IMG/VR virus record: IMGVR_UViG_3300032240_001498 | Coordinates: 136,605 to 200,604 of that record | Direction: 5' to 3' (one strand) | Source of the DNA: a virus | Lineage: Duplodnaviria > Caudoviricetes | DNA: 64,000 nucleotides | Shown: piece after piece, positions 44,828-52,311 of the stretch | Position numbering within the stretch: position 1 is the stretch's first letter | Layout: each line of letters starts with the position of its first letter | Notes under the pieces: model-generated | Told to the model about the DNA's origin: nothing | Database searches by the model: none | The model's input: the letters and a program-made list of their open reading frames with translations, nothing else | Program-made: the position numbers and the translations under genes

Positions 44828-45752
44828 ATTGGTTCTGTAATCGGCGTAGTTTAGCCAGTACAGTTGCTAGATTAATTTCAGGATCAGCAATGAGGGCGTG
44901 ATCGCATAGTCCTTGCTTGATGATAAACAATGCAGAATCTTTCTGGTCATCGTCTTTGCCAAACAAATCTAAGTTTTGATACAACCACGTGTAAATTTCC
45001 TCCATCTCTTCAGGACGAACAGTTCCGCATAACAATTTACGTGCTTCTTGTATCTTACCTGCTTTAAACAAATTGACCATATCTACCTTATAGTCTGCTT
45101 GTCCGGCATCACCTACGCCTGGCAATACCAATGTATTATCAACTACGCTCTGTTGTGCAAGATTAATACACTTACGCAGGTCTGGATAAGTTGCTTTAAC
45201 AATAGTATCCAATGTGTCTAAGTCAAACTCAACATTTTCTTCTACTAGGATAGTTGCAACACGAGCAGTGAATTCTGTTTGATCTGTCTTAACCATATCA
45301 AACCCTTGTGAACGACTATACAACGCAGGCATAATCTTGTTCTTGAGATTACAGGTAAGAATAAAACGTGCTGTGTCGTGATACTCTTCCATAACACCAC
45401 GCAACACAGCCTGTGCATTATGTGTTAAGTAATCAGCTTCGTCTAACAACACAACCTTAAATGGACCAAACGGGATCATGCTGACAAATGTTACGATCTT
45501 ATCTTTTAAGAAATCAACACCGTTGTCGCGTGATGCATTAATCTGCAGAATATCATATTCTTCCACACCAATTTCATTTAGCAATACCTTTGCTAGGGTA
45601 GTCTTACCAATACCAGGACTACCGCTTAAGATCAAATGCGGAATTGATTTTTCTTTAATCCAAGTCAATACCTGGTTACGTTGGTTATCATCTCTAAAGA
45701 CATAGTCTGCGACTGTCTTAGGACGATATTTCTCTACCCATAATTCTTTCAT
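44826..45752 (-). CDS. Clamp loader subunit (gp44/RFC small-subunit-like)
   Basis: It contains LWVEKYRPK, GSPGIGKT, INAS, LLDEAD, FILTCN and DLRKCIN. Confidence 0.9.
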   Translation of the reverse strand: MKELWVEKYRPKTVADYVFRDDNQRNQVLTWIKEKSIPHLILSGSPGIGKTTLAKVLLNEIGVEEYDILQINASRDNGVDFLKDKIVTFVSMIPFGPFKVVLLDEADYLTHNAQAVLRGVMEEYHDTARFILTCNLKNKIMPALYSRSQGFDMVKTDQTEFTARVATILVEENVEFDLDTLDTIVKATYPDLRKCINLAQQSVVDNTLVLPGVGDAGQADYKVDMVNLFKAGKIQEARKLLCGTVRPEEMEEIYTWLYQNLDLFGKDDDQKDSALFIIKQGLCDHALIADPEINLATVLAKLRRLQNQ

Positions 45753-45964
45753 TGTACAGTCCTTTGTTCGAATTTTTTAACTTGACCTCTGCTGTCACTG
45801 ATTGTGTCAACAATTCTATTATAAGAATCTTCGTCTAGTGCAGAGCGATAGATAGTTAGTGCTTGTGCCATCATTACACCCGCAACTTCTAAGGGTCCGT
45901 ATTCACTTGCTTGTTTATCAGCGAACGATAGCATTTCACTGTAGCATTGTTCTAAGTCACTCAT
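45749..45964 (-). CDS. Hypothetical protein (71 aa)
   Basis: It has coupled overlaps with its neighbours. Confidence 0.65.
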   Translation of the reverse strand: MSDLEQCYSEMLSFADKQASEYGPLEVAGVMMAQALTIYRSALDEDSYNRIVDTISDSRGQVKKFEQRTVQ

Positions 45965-46176
45965 TAGTGTTTATGACCGCAATCGCAGTCACCCTTTGTA
46001 AAAAAGTTTTTAATTGCTGTTATTAGATTATAAAATCTAGCCTTGTATGTATCTGAAAGAACGCTGTCAATCATAGCTGGCTGATGTGGACAACGACCTT
46101 GATACCATGTACATGTTCGTACGGTATCTTCTGTTATTTCAATACCACATGCATTACATTTTTCCATTTTTCTCAT
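45964..46176 (-). CDS. Small Cys-rich protein (70 aa), possible Zn-binding
   Basis: It contains CxxC...C....RCPH and a terminal CDCGH. Confidence 0.55.
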   Translation of the reverse strand: MRKMEKCNACGIEITEDTVRTCTWYQGRCPHQPAMIDSVLSDTYKARFYNLITAIKNFFTKGDCDCGHKH

Positions 46177-46624
46177 TCTCCGCTTGGACTACACGTTTAC
46201 GTAGACTACTTGAACTGAAACTGTGGTCCCGTCCGTTATAGATAATTTCAATACCACGTTTGGCACAAATTGCCTTACCTGTAAAATCTTTGTCTTGATA
46301 CTCTACACCTAATATTCTAACATCAATTGGTAATGTTAGCAAGATGTCTTCTAGGTCTTTTTCTGTATTATAAACAACAATTTCGTCTACATAAGTCACA
46401 GCACTTAGTTGGATTTGTCGTTCTACAATGCTTTGTATTGGTGCGTTCTTTTCTGGACGATCCCATTGAGCATTGTTTTGTAATCCTGCAATAAGATAAT
46501 CGCAATGATTCTTTACTTCTGATAGCATGGCAATGTGCCCTGCGTGTAACATGTCAAATTGACTAAAGGTTATGCCAATTCGTTTACCTTCTTTTTTTAG
46601 TTCTTTTATTTTGTTGAATATCAT
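46154..46624 (-). CDS. TagD-like cytidylyltransferase (likely start MIFNKI at 46624)
   Basis: It contains FSQFDMLHAGH, QSIVER.IQL.AV.YVDEI, R.LGVEY and HSFSSSSLR. Confidence 0.85.
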   Translation of the reverse strand: MIFNKIKELKKEGKRIGITFSQFDMLHAGHIAMLSEVKNHCDYLIAGLQNNAQWDRPEKNAPIQSIVERQIQLSAVTYVDEIVVYNTEKDLEDILLTLPIDVRILGVEYQDKDFTGKAICAKRGIEIIYNGRDHSFSSSSLRKRVVQAENEKNGKM

Positions 46625-46631
46625 ATCCCTT

Positions 46632-46660
46632 ATTATACAGGGAAGAACAGGGTAAGTCAA
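46632..46660 (-). promoter_or_regulatory. Sigma70-type promoter with both boxes in hairpin loops
   Basis: TTGACT (46660-46655), 17 nt spacer, TATAAT (46637-46632). Confidence 0.8.
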
Positions 46661-46670
46661 TACCCTGTTA

Positions 46671-46880
46671 TTATTTTCTTGCGGCTATTCGTGCGCTGAT
46701 TTGTTCAAAACTTGACCGACTACGGTTGTCTTGTCTTTCTAGAAACTCAACAACCTTGGTAAGTTGTGCAACCTGCAACTCTAGTTTGCTGAGTTTTTCA
46801 AACAGTTCCTCTGGAGTCGCACCAGAGGTTGCTGGTTTTAGATTTTCGTAATCTTGATCGTTGTGTTTATACTGATTCAT
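46671..46880 (-). CDS. Hypothetical coiled-coil protein (69 aa)
   Basis: It has heptad leucines. Confidence 0.65.
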   Translation of the reverse strand: MNQYKHNDQDYENLKPATSGATPEELFEKLSKLELQVAQLTKVVEFLERQDNRSRSSFEQISARIAARK

Positions 46881-46883
46881 AAT

Positions 46884-47294
46884 TTACATAGGAATGTTAA
46901 AATTAACATTTGACCCTGCTCCAACTGGTGCTCTGCGATCAACGGAATCATCAGGCTTTTCATCAGCTGACATAATCATAGAATCTAGTTCAACCATGCG
47001 AATCTCTGTAATATCGCCGTTGGCATCTTCGTAATGAACAGTACGTGTCCAGCGACTATGCTCGATAAGAATCCATTCGCCAACTTTAACATCTTTTTGT
47101 TCAGGACCGACTGCCCAAACACGACCCCAGCGGGGGCGAATACCTTCACTCTTACCATTATCGCTTTTTAAAACAATACCGCTTTTGGTAACTTCTTCAC
47201 CAAATTCCATGTCAGTTACAAATACCTTGTCATGCAAGGGACGGAATGTTCCGCTTATCTTTGTAATGTGACCTGATCTATTAAACTCACTCAT
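46884..47294 (-). CDS. groES: GroES/gp31-like co-chaperonin
   Basis: It contains FRPLHDKVFV, TKSGIVL, GRVWAVGP and DVKVGEWIL. Confidence 0.85.
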   Translation of the reverse strand: MSEFNRSGHITKISGTFRPLHDKVFVTDMEFGEEVTKSGIVLKSDNGKSEGIRPRWGRVWAVGPEQKDVKVGEWILIEHSRWTRTVHYEDANGDITEIRMVELDSMIMSADEKPDDSVDRRAPVGAGSNVNFNIPM

Positions 47295-47484
47295 CTTGAC
47301 CTTTCGTATCTTGATAATATTGTGAAACTATATCTTCACGTGTTTTTATTACTTTGCCGCCTGCGCCTAATTCATCGCCTCGTGCGTTCATACGTACATT
47401 TCCTACAGCAGGCACAGTTTCGTTAACTTGGATTAGCTTGTCCATGTCTACTTCTTTACCTTGCATTGATCTATATTTTGGCAT
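47287..47484 (-). CDS. Hypothetical protein (65 aa)
   Basis: It has an AGGAG RBS and contains GNVRMNARGDELG. Confidence 0.7.
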   Translation of the reverse strand: MPKYRSMQGKEVDMDKLIQVNETVPAVGNVRMNARGDELGAGGKVIKTREDIVSQYYQDTKGQDE

Positions 47485-47493
47485 GAGATTCTC

Positions 47494-48015
47494 CTATTTT
47501 AAAAATTCATGTATATCTAATTCGTATTTGATACTGTCTACTTTATGTACCCCTATGAGGTACAGACAATAGCTGGCTACTGAACTGCCACGTCCTACGC
47601 CCCATACAATGTTGTGTGTACGCATAGTATCTACCAAGTATTTAAGATATTTTAGAACCATGATAAAATTATGTTGAGCAAATAATTTCAATTCTTCAGC
47701 TACTCGGTCCTTTTGCTCTATTGTACGGCATTCGCTATACAGCCAATCTACAATATCATATAGCCGATATTCTTCGGGCATAAACCATTGTTCTTGATTT
47801 GCGGCATCAAACTCAGATTGAGTAGCATCGGTTTCTAAGAAAACCTTACAGACCTCTATAGGATCGTGATTTTTTCTTACACTTTCGTTGAATTTCTTAC
47901 ATTCATCCGGATTATCTAAGAAAATATCTCCAAGAGAAGTGATTTTACCAGAGTACATGCCGTTAAAGACATCCTCTGCGTTTAATATCACTTGACCATG
48001 TTTAGAGAGTTTCAT
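47494..48015 (-). CDS. Stand-alone fragment homologous to DNA polymerase III alpha (DnaE), lacking the catalytic Asp motif
   Basis: RVAEELKLF...WGVGRGSSVASYCLYLIGVHKVDSIKYELDIHEFLK aligns with DnaE RL..EL..I...GPGRGS.AGSLVAY.L.IT..DPL...L.FERFL. Confidence 0.75.
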   Translation of the reverse strand: MKLSKHGQVILNAEDVFNGMYSGKITSLGDIFLDNPDECKKFNESVRKNHDPIEVCKVFLETDATQSEFDAANQEQWFMPEEYRLYDIVDWLYSECRTIEQKDRVAEELKLFAQHNFIMVLKYLKYLVDTMRTHNIVWGVGRGSSVASYCLYLIGVHKVDSIKYELDIHEFLK

Positions 48016-48021
48016 ACTGAC

Positions 48022-48050
48022 AGTATAACACTTCTGTGTGTTAATGTCAA
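48022..48050 (-). promoter_or_regulatory. Sigma70-type promoter, probably giving a leaderless mRNA
   Basis: TTGACA (48050-48045), 17 nt spacer, TATACT (48027-48022), then 6 nt to the ATG, with no SD. Confidence 0.75.
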
Positions 48051-48286
48051 TCCACTTTGATAAGATCGTCTAGATCTTTGTTTGATTTTTCCATTAAGGA
48101 TTTTTGGGAAGCAATTTGTCGTTGACGCAACTCGTATTTGTATGCTTCTAGGCTTACTAACACTTGTTCTGCTAGGTATCCGTTGGTGCGCAATGCTATG
48201 AAATATTTTCTAGTTAATTCGGATATTTTATTTTCCAAATCGTTTTCTTTAATCTCACCGAGGTTAGGCAACAACGGATTAAACAT
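48047..48286 (-). CDS. Hypothetical protein (79 aa)
   Basis: It has a TAATG coupling, and its stop lies in the -35 box of the next promoter. Confidence 0.7.
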   Translation of the reverse strand: MFNPLLPNLGEIKENDLENKISELTRKYFIALRTNGYLAEQVLVSLEAYKYELRQRQIASQKSLMEKSNKDLDDLIKVD

Positions 48287-48864
48287 TAGTTATATCTACC
48301 TGTTAGTTTTGCCAACTGAGTCACACCACCGTCAGTGGAAGCAATGTCGTAAATGTATGTGGTAGTTGTATTCAATGTAGCAGGAAACGCTGTACTAGAT
48401 TGTGCGTCCAGTAATAATGTATTTGTTCCTGTTAAAACACTTACAGTAATATTGGTAGCAGAAGTGTTATGTAATTCTAGTCGTACATTAGCATGAATTT
48501 TGGAAGCTGGCCAGTTAATGACAGTAAAGTTAGTTGAAGAACTCAATGCCCATTTTTGGTAGTTGCCTTCTGTAAAATCTACAGTTTGTGAACCGCCTAC
48601 TGGAACCAATGTTTTATCTTGTACTAATTGTCCATAAGATTGTAATGTGGCATTTTGTAAAATATTTCCGCCAAGATTATTTGTTTGATCAATAAAAATA
48701 GCATTATTGTTAATATCGGTAAATTGCTTTGATGCATTGGTAAATGCATTTTTAATATTGGTAAAATTGTCTCTAAATCCCTGCGTGTCGTTATCCTGAC
48801 CTGCAACGGGATAAACAGTACTAATGCTGTTTGACCAATTGGTTACTGTATTCTGTCTTGACAT
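48286..48864 (-). CDS. Putative virion structural protein (192 aa)
   Basis: It is N/T-rich, contains YPVAGQDNDTQGFRDNF, and follows TATAAATA at 48886-48893. Confidence 0.65.
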   Translation of the reverse strand: MSRQNTVTNWSNSISTVYPVAGQDNDTQGFRDNFTNIKNAFTNASKQFTDINNNAIFIDQTNNLGGNILQNATLQSYGQLVQDKTLVPVGGSQTVDFTEGNYQKWALSSSTNFTVINWPASKIHANVRLELHNTSATNITVSVLTGTNTLLLDAQSSTAFPATLNTTTTYIYDIASTDGGVTQLAKLTGRYN

Positions 48865-48888
48865 GTTAATTCCTCTGTAGTTCTATAT

Positions 48889-51735
48889 TTATAATGACAG
48901 CGGATTGCCATCTTCAGTTTGAATATCTGTATCTGCAAATACAGCGTGTGTTATATCGGGGTCTGTAAACGCATTATAACTTTCTGTATCTAAGTAGAAA
49001 GATGTACTTACACCGCCACCCTGAGCCGCAGTTAATCCAAATACCAATTGTTTGACACCTAAATTAAAGTTTAGCACGGACCCAAACGGTATTCTAGATT
49101 CAACAGGGTTACTTATGGTAATTTGAGAGTTTGGAACATCTACATAGGTAATTACAGTACCTTGTTTTACTCCCCTAAATAAACATCTCATGCCCGGTAA
49201 CAGTCCGCTAATCTCAGATAATGTTATTACATTACGAACATCGTCGGTAGGAGAGATTGTTACAGATGTAGTCCTTGAAGAAATAGCATCTTCAACAGTG
49301 ATACGATCAATATCAAAATCAATATTCTTAAAATCAAACCCTTTGTTTTTAATGTTGGTAATAATATCGCTTGATCTATTCGGGACAGTATAGCATAAAA
49401 TAAATGCTTTAATAAATCCCAACGGAGTACCAGTTGCTCGTTGCAGAGTCTGCATGAATTTTGGACGTAGTTGTCCATCTACACTAATCAATTGTCCTTG
49501 TGTGGGAGATATTGCCGCTAATGATCCTTGTTCATTGATAACGCTATCTGGGTAATAGGTTACAACAGAACCATTGACCACTTGAGTAAAACTAGGACTA
49601 ACGCTAATTTTGTTGCCGTCCATTTGATCATCGATGATATCTAAGTAGATCACATCATACAATACATTTCCGGCATCATCAACTGCTTGTGCAGTTTTTA
49701 TATCTCCGAAGTAGTAACGCTTTCTCTGAAAATAATTTGTTAATGCAGGAGTGTATGCATCTATATCAATTTGTTCGACGCCATATTCAATGGTCATCTT
49801 AACTTTACTTTGTACACCAAAATCAGGATCATCAGATTTATACAGTAAACTTCTGTCAAAGACAACAGAGTCACTGACCAACGACTTAACATACGATCTT
49901 TGATCCGGAGTTAGTAACGGACTTACAAAAATGTTTGTGTAAGGAATAATTGAAGTTTCTTCAATTTCGATAGTAAAGTCTTTAGAAACAGCAGATAACA
50001 AATAGCTGTCTCGAGCAGAGATATTGAAATGATATTGCTTATCAAATGTTGTGCGACCTAAGTCAAAGGTAGTTCTTCCAAATCCTAAAATTGTAGCATC
50101 AAAATTAGTCTGTATGTTGTACGGGACAGTTCCTGTAATGTTTCCTTGATTGGTTAGACTTAGCCCGGGAGGTAATGATCCTCCAGTAAGGTTATACACA
50201 ATGTCAAGACCAACAGTTTTGTGTTTGGCAACAACGCTTAGATCGCTAACATATCCAGGTCGGATATATCCCAAGTCCGTATCAGTGACCCATTCGATCG
50301 GATTCTCAACATCGCCCTTGACTATTATGTTAAAGATTTGATTATCAGAAACGGTATCGGTAGTGTCGTAATCGCTCTTTGTAATTCTAACAGTAAATCT
50401 ATAGGTTTGACTATATGCAGGTTGATAAGGGATGCGACCGTATAACAGTCCAGTTTCTTTGTCTAACTCTAATCCTTCGGGATGAACACTGGCTGAGCCT
50501 ATGTATAACGTAGTCTTATCTGGGATGTCATATTTTAAAGGTGTATCTATGGTCAGAATGTAACCATAGTCGCCAAATTTTTCAACCTTGGTTATGTTAT
50601 AAACAAAGTTATTGGCTACTGCAACATACGGAGCCAGTTGAACTTGCATCCCACTTAACGGAACCCCAATTGATTTACTGATATAGATTTTATTCTGTAC
50701 AGCCAAATTTACAGTTGGTAAGAATATTTCATTTATTCGGCTGTCAGTATAAACTCTAATCTCTGGATTGACTCGGATTAGGTCCCAATCAAAGGTCACC
50801 GGACCAACAAACGGATATGGATCAAACACTGTTAGATCTATACCATGATTATTATTTGCTCGGATAGTTCCTAGATTAGCAGGATCTGGCAACAGGCTCT
50901 TATCAGCCGCCACCCATACCGGTGTTTGAAGATAACCTATGTCTGCTAAAAAGTTTGTGGTGTCGGAATCAATTTGTGTCGTGTCTGCACGGAACGCATT
51001 TGGATCTTCAACTCGTATTTTAAATTTTTGTCTGGCGCTAGAAATACCATCTGTTACAGTAATATAAAACGGATAAATCTTACTAACTGATGTAGGAACG
51101 CCGTCTGGATTCTTGTTAAAAAATACCACGTGATCATAAGGATATGCATCATACGATTCTGCATCATACCCCCCAATTTTGCTGGCGTTAAAATCTAGTG
51201 TTAGATTATCGTTTACATATCCGCTGATTAATCCTGTCTTTCCGTTTAACCGTAAACCGGGCGGTAATGCACCATCACCGTCTGCAATATAGTATGTTAA
51301 CTCTTTTCCTCTTGGAAGTTTATTTGTTTGGGCCTGTAATAAAATATCTACACGATTTTTATTAAGGCAATAAGGTTCTGCTTTTGGCCCAACTTCTAAA
51401 TATCCTTCTGGAGTAATCCAGGTAGGAGCAACAGGTCCGGTGATGTTTAGAGTAAATGTACGATCTGCAACACCATAGATGTTTGATGCACGTAATACTA
51501 TTGTTGATGACACATTTTCATTAACTGTATAAGGAGTACCTCGTATTTCCAACGAAGTAACTTCAGCCAATGATGTGCCTGTGTTAATATAGAAGTTGAA
51601 AAATCCTGGAGGGGTACCGGATATAAGATCAAAGTCACTTGCTCCTACAGCGGTAAGCACAAATGATGCTTCTTGTGCTTGTACATAGGTACCTATACTT
51701 CCGGCAGGGGTAATCCATTTTGGTGGAGATGACAT
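48889..51735 (-). CDS. Baseplate wedge-like protein with Ig-like (LPPGL) repeats (948 aa)
   Basis: It has repeated P.WITP.G and LPPGL.L...G.I.G modules and lies in the tail block. Confidence 0.65.
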   Translation of the reverse strand: MSSPPKWITPAGSIGTYVQAQEASFVLTAVGASDFDLISGTPPGFFNFYINTGTSLAEVTSLEIRGTPYTVNENVSSTIVLRASNIYGVADRTFTLNITGPVAPTWITPEGYLEVGPKAEPYCLNKNRVDILLQAQTNKLPRGKELTYYIADGDGALPPGLRLNGKTGLISGYVNDNLTLDFNASKIGGYDAESYDAYPYDHVVFFNKNPDGVPTSVSKIYPFYITVTDGISSARQKFKIRVEDPNAFRADTTQIDSDTTNFLADIGYLQTPVWVAADKSLLPDPANLGTIRANNNHGIDLTVFDPYPFVGPVTFDWDLIRVNPEIRVYTDSRINEIFLPTVNLAVQNKIYISKSIGVPLSGMQVQLAPYVAVANNFVYNITKVEKFGDYGYILTIDTPLKYDIPDKTTLYIGSASVHPEGLELDKETGLLYGRIPYQPAYSQTYRFTVRITKSDYDTTDTVSDNQIFNIIVKGDVENPIEWVTDTDLGYIRPGYVSDLSVVAKHKTVGLDIVYNLTGGSLPPGLSLTNQGNITGTVPYNIQTNFDATILGFGRTTFDLGRTTFDKQYHFNISARDSYLLSAVSKDFTIEIEETSIIPYTNIFVSPLLTPDQRSYVKSLVSDSVVFDRSLLYKSDDPDFGVQSKVKMTIEYGVEQIDIDAYTPALTNYFQRKRYYFGDIKTAQAVDDAGNVLYDVIYLDIIDDQMDGNKISVSPSFTQVVNGSVVTYYPDSVINEQGSLAAISPTQGQLISVDGQLRPKFMQTLQRATGTPLGFIKAFILCYTVPNRSSDIITNIKNKGFDFKNIDFDIDRITVEDAISSRTTSVTISPTDDVRNVITLSEISGLLPGMRCLFRGVKQGTVITYVDVPNSQITISNPVESRIPFGSVLNFNLGVKQLVFGLTAAQGGGVSTSFYLDTESYNAFTDPDITHAVFADTDIQTEDGNPLSL

Positions 51736-52298
51736 TAAACTCTTCCTACAACAACCTCAATCATGCCAGGAAATTCACTGTCATAATTTTCAAGGGCTTT
51801 ACCAATAACAGATCCGACTTTTGGATCATCGCTAGATGTAGCAACTCCTGGTATATTACTTGCAACCATTAGGTCTCCCTTTTTAATAGTTCCTACCACA
51901 CGACATGGAACTCTCCCTAGTAGTGCAACTTCTGGGCCATAGCAGTCTGTGTTCATTACGTATGCCGGATAACTTGAAATGATACCTGCGATATTTCTAC
52001 ATCCTGCATCTGTACTGATTGTGATTTCTTTTTTACCTCCAAATACTACAACGGTGCCTGGATCATAAAATTCGTCACTGGTATATTTTTCTGCCAAGTC
52101 AGCATACGTAGCTTGGAATGAAGAATTACTGCCTAATACGTATGTACCATTTACTGTGCAGGTTCCGCTGGCCGATAGTGATGTTAGCCCGGTAATGGCC
52201 TGTAATCCAGTTATAGATCCTGGACTGCTCATTGAGATTGACACAACATCTAGTACTAGACTGCTATCTAACGTATCGCTTCTTACTTTTGTTACCAT
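51735..52298 (-). CDS. Short tail-associated protein consisting mostly of an IMC/Peptidase_G2-like domain
   Basis: It contains YADLAEKY...VALLGRVPCRVVGTIKKGD...IGKALE. Confidence 0.7.
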   Translation of the reverse strand: MVTKVRSDTLDSSLVLDVVSISMSSPGSITGLQAITGLTSLSASGTCTVNGTYVLGSNSSFQATYADLAEKYTSDEFYDPGTVVVFGGKKEITISTDAGCRNIAGIISSYPAYVMNTDCYGPEVALLGRVPCRVVGTIKKGDLMVASNIPGVATSSDDPKVGSVIGKALENYDSEFPGMIEVVVGRV

Positions 52299-52311
52299 GA
52301 TATTTTCCTAA

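Noticed and set aside
47287-47496. The DnaE fragment's TAG stop is in frame with the next ORF (FLK*ENLMPK), suggesting read-through or TAG recoding that would restore a polymerase.
   Set aside because: The downstream 65 aa shows no convincing PDxDxD palm motif and has its own AGGAG RBS. All long genes in the window are intact under the standard code, so there is no sign of recoding.
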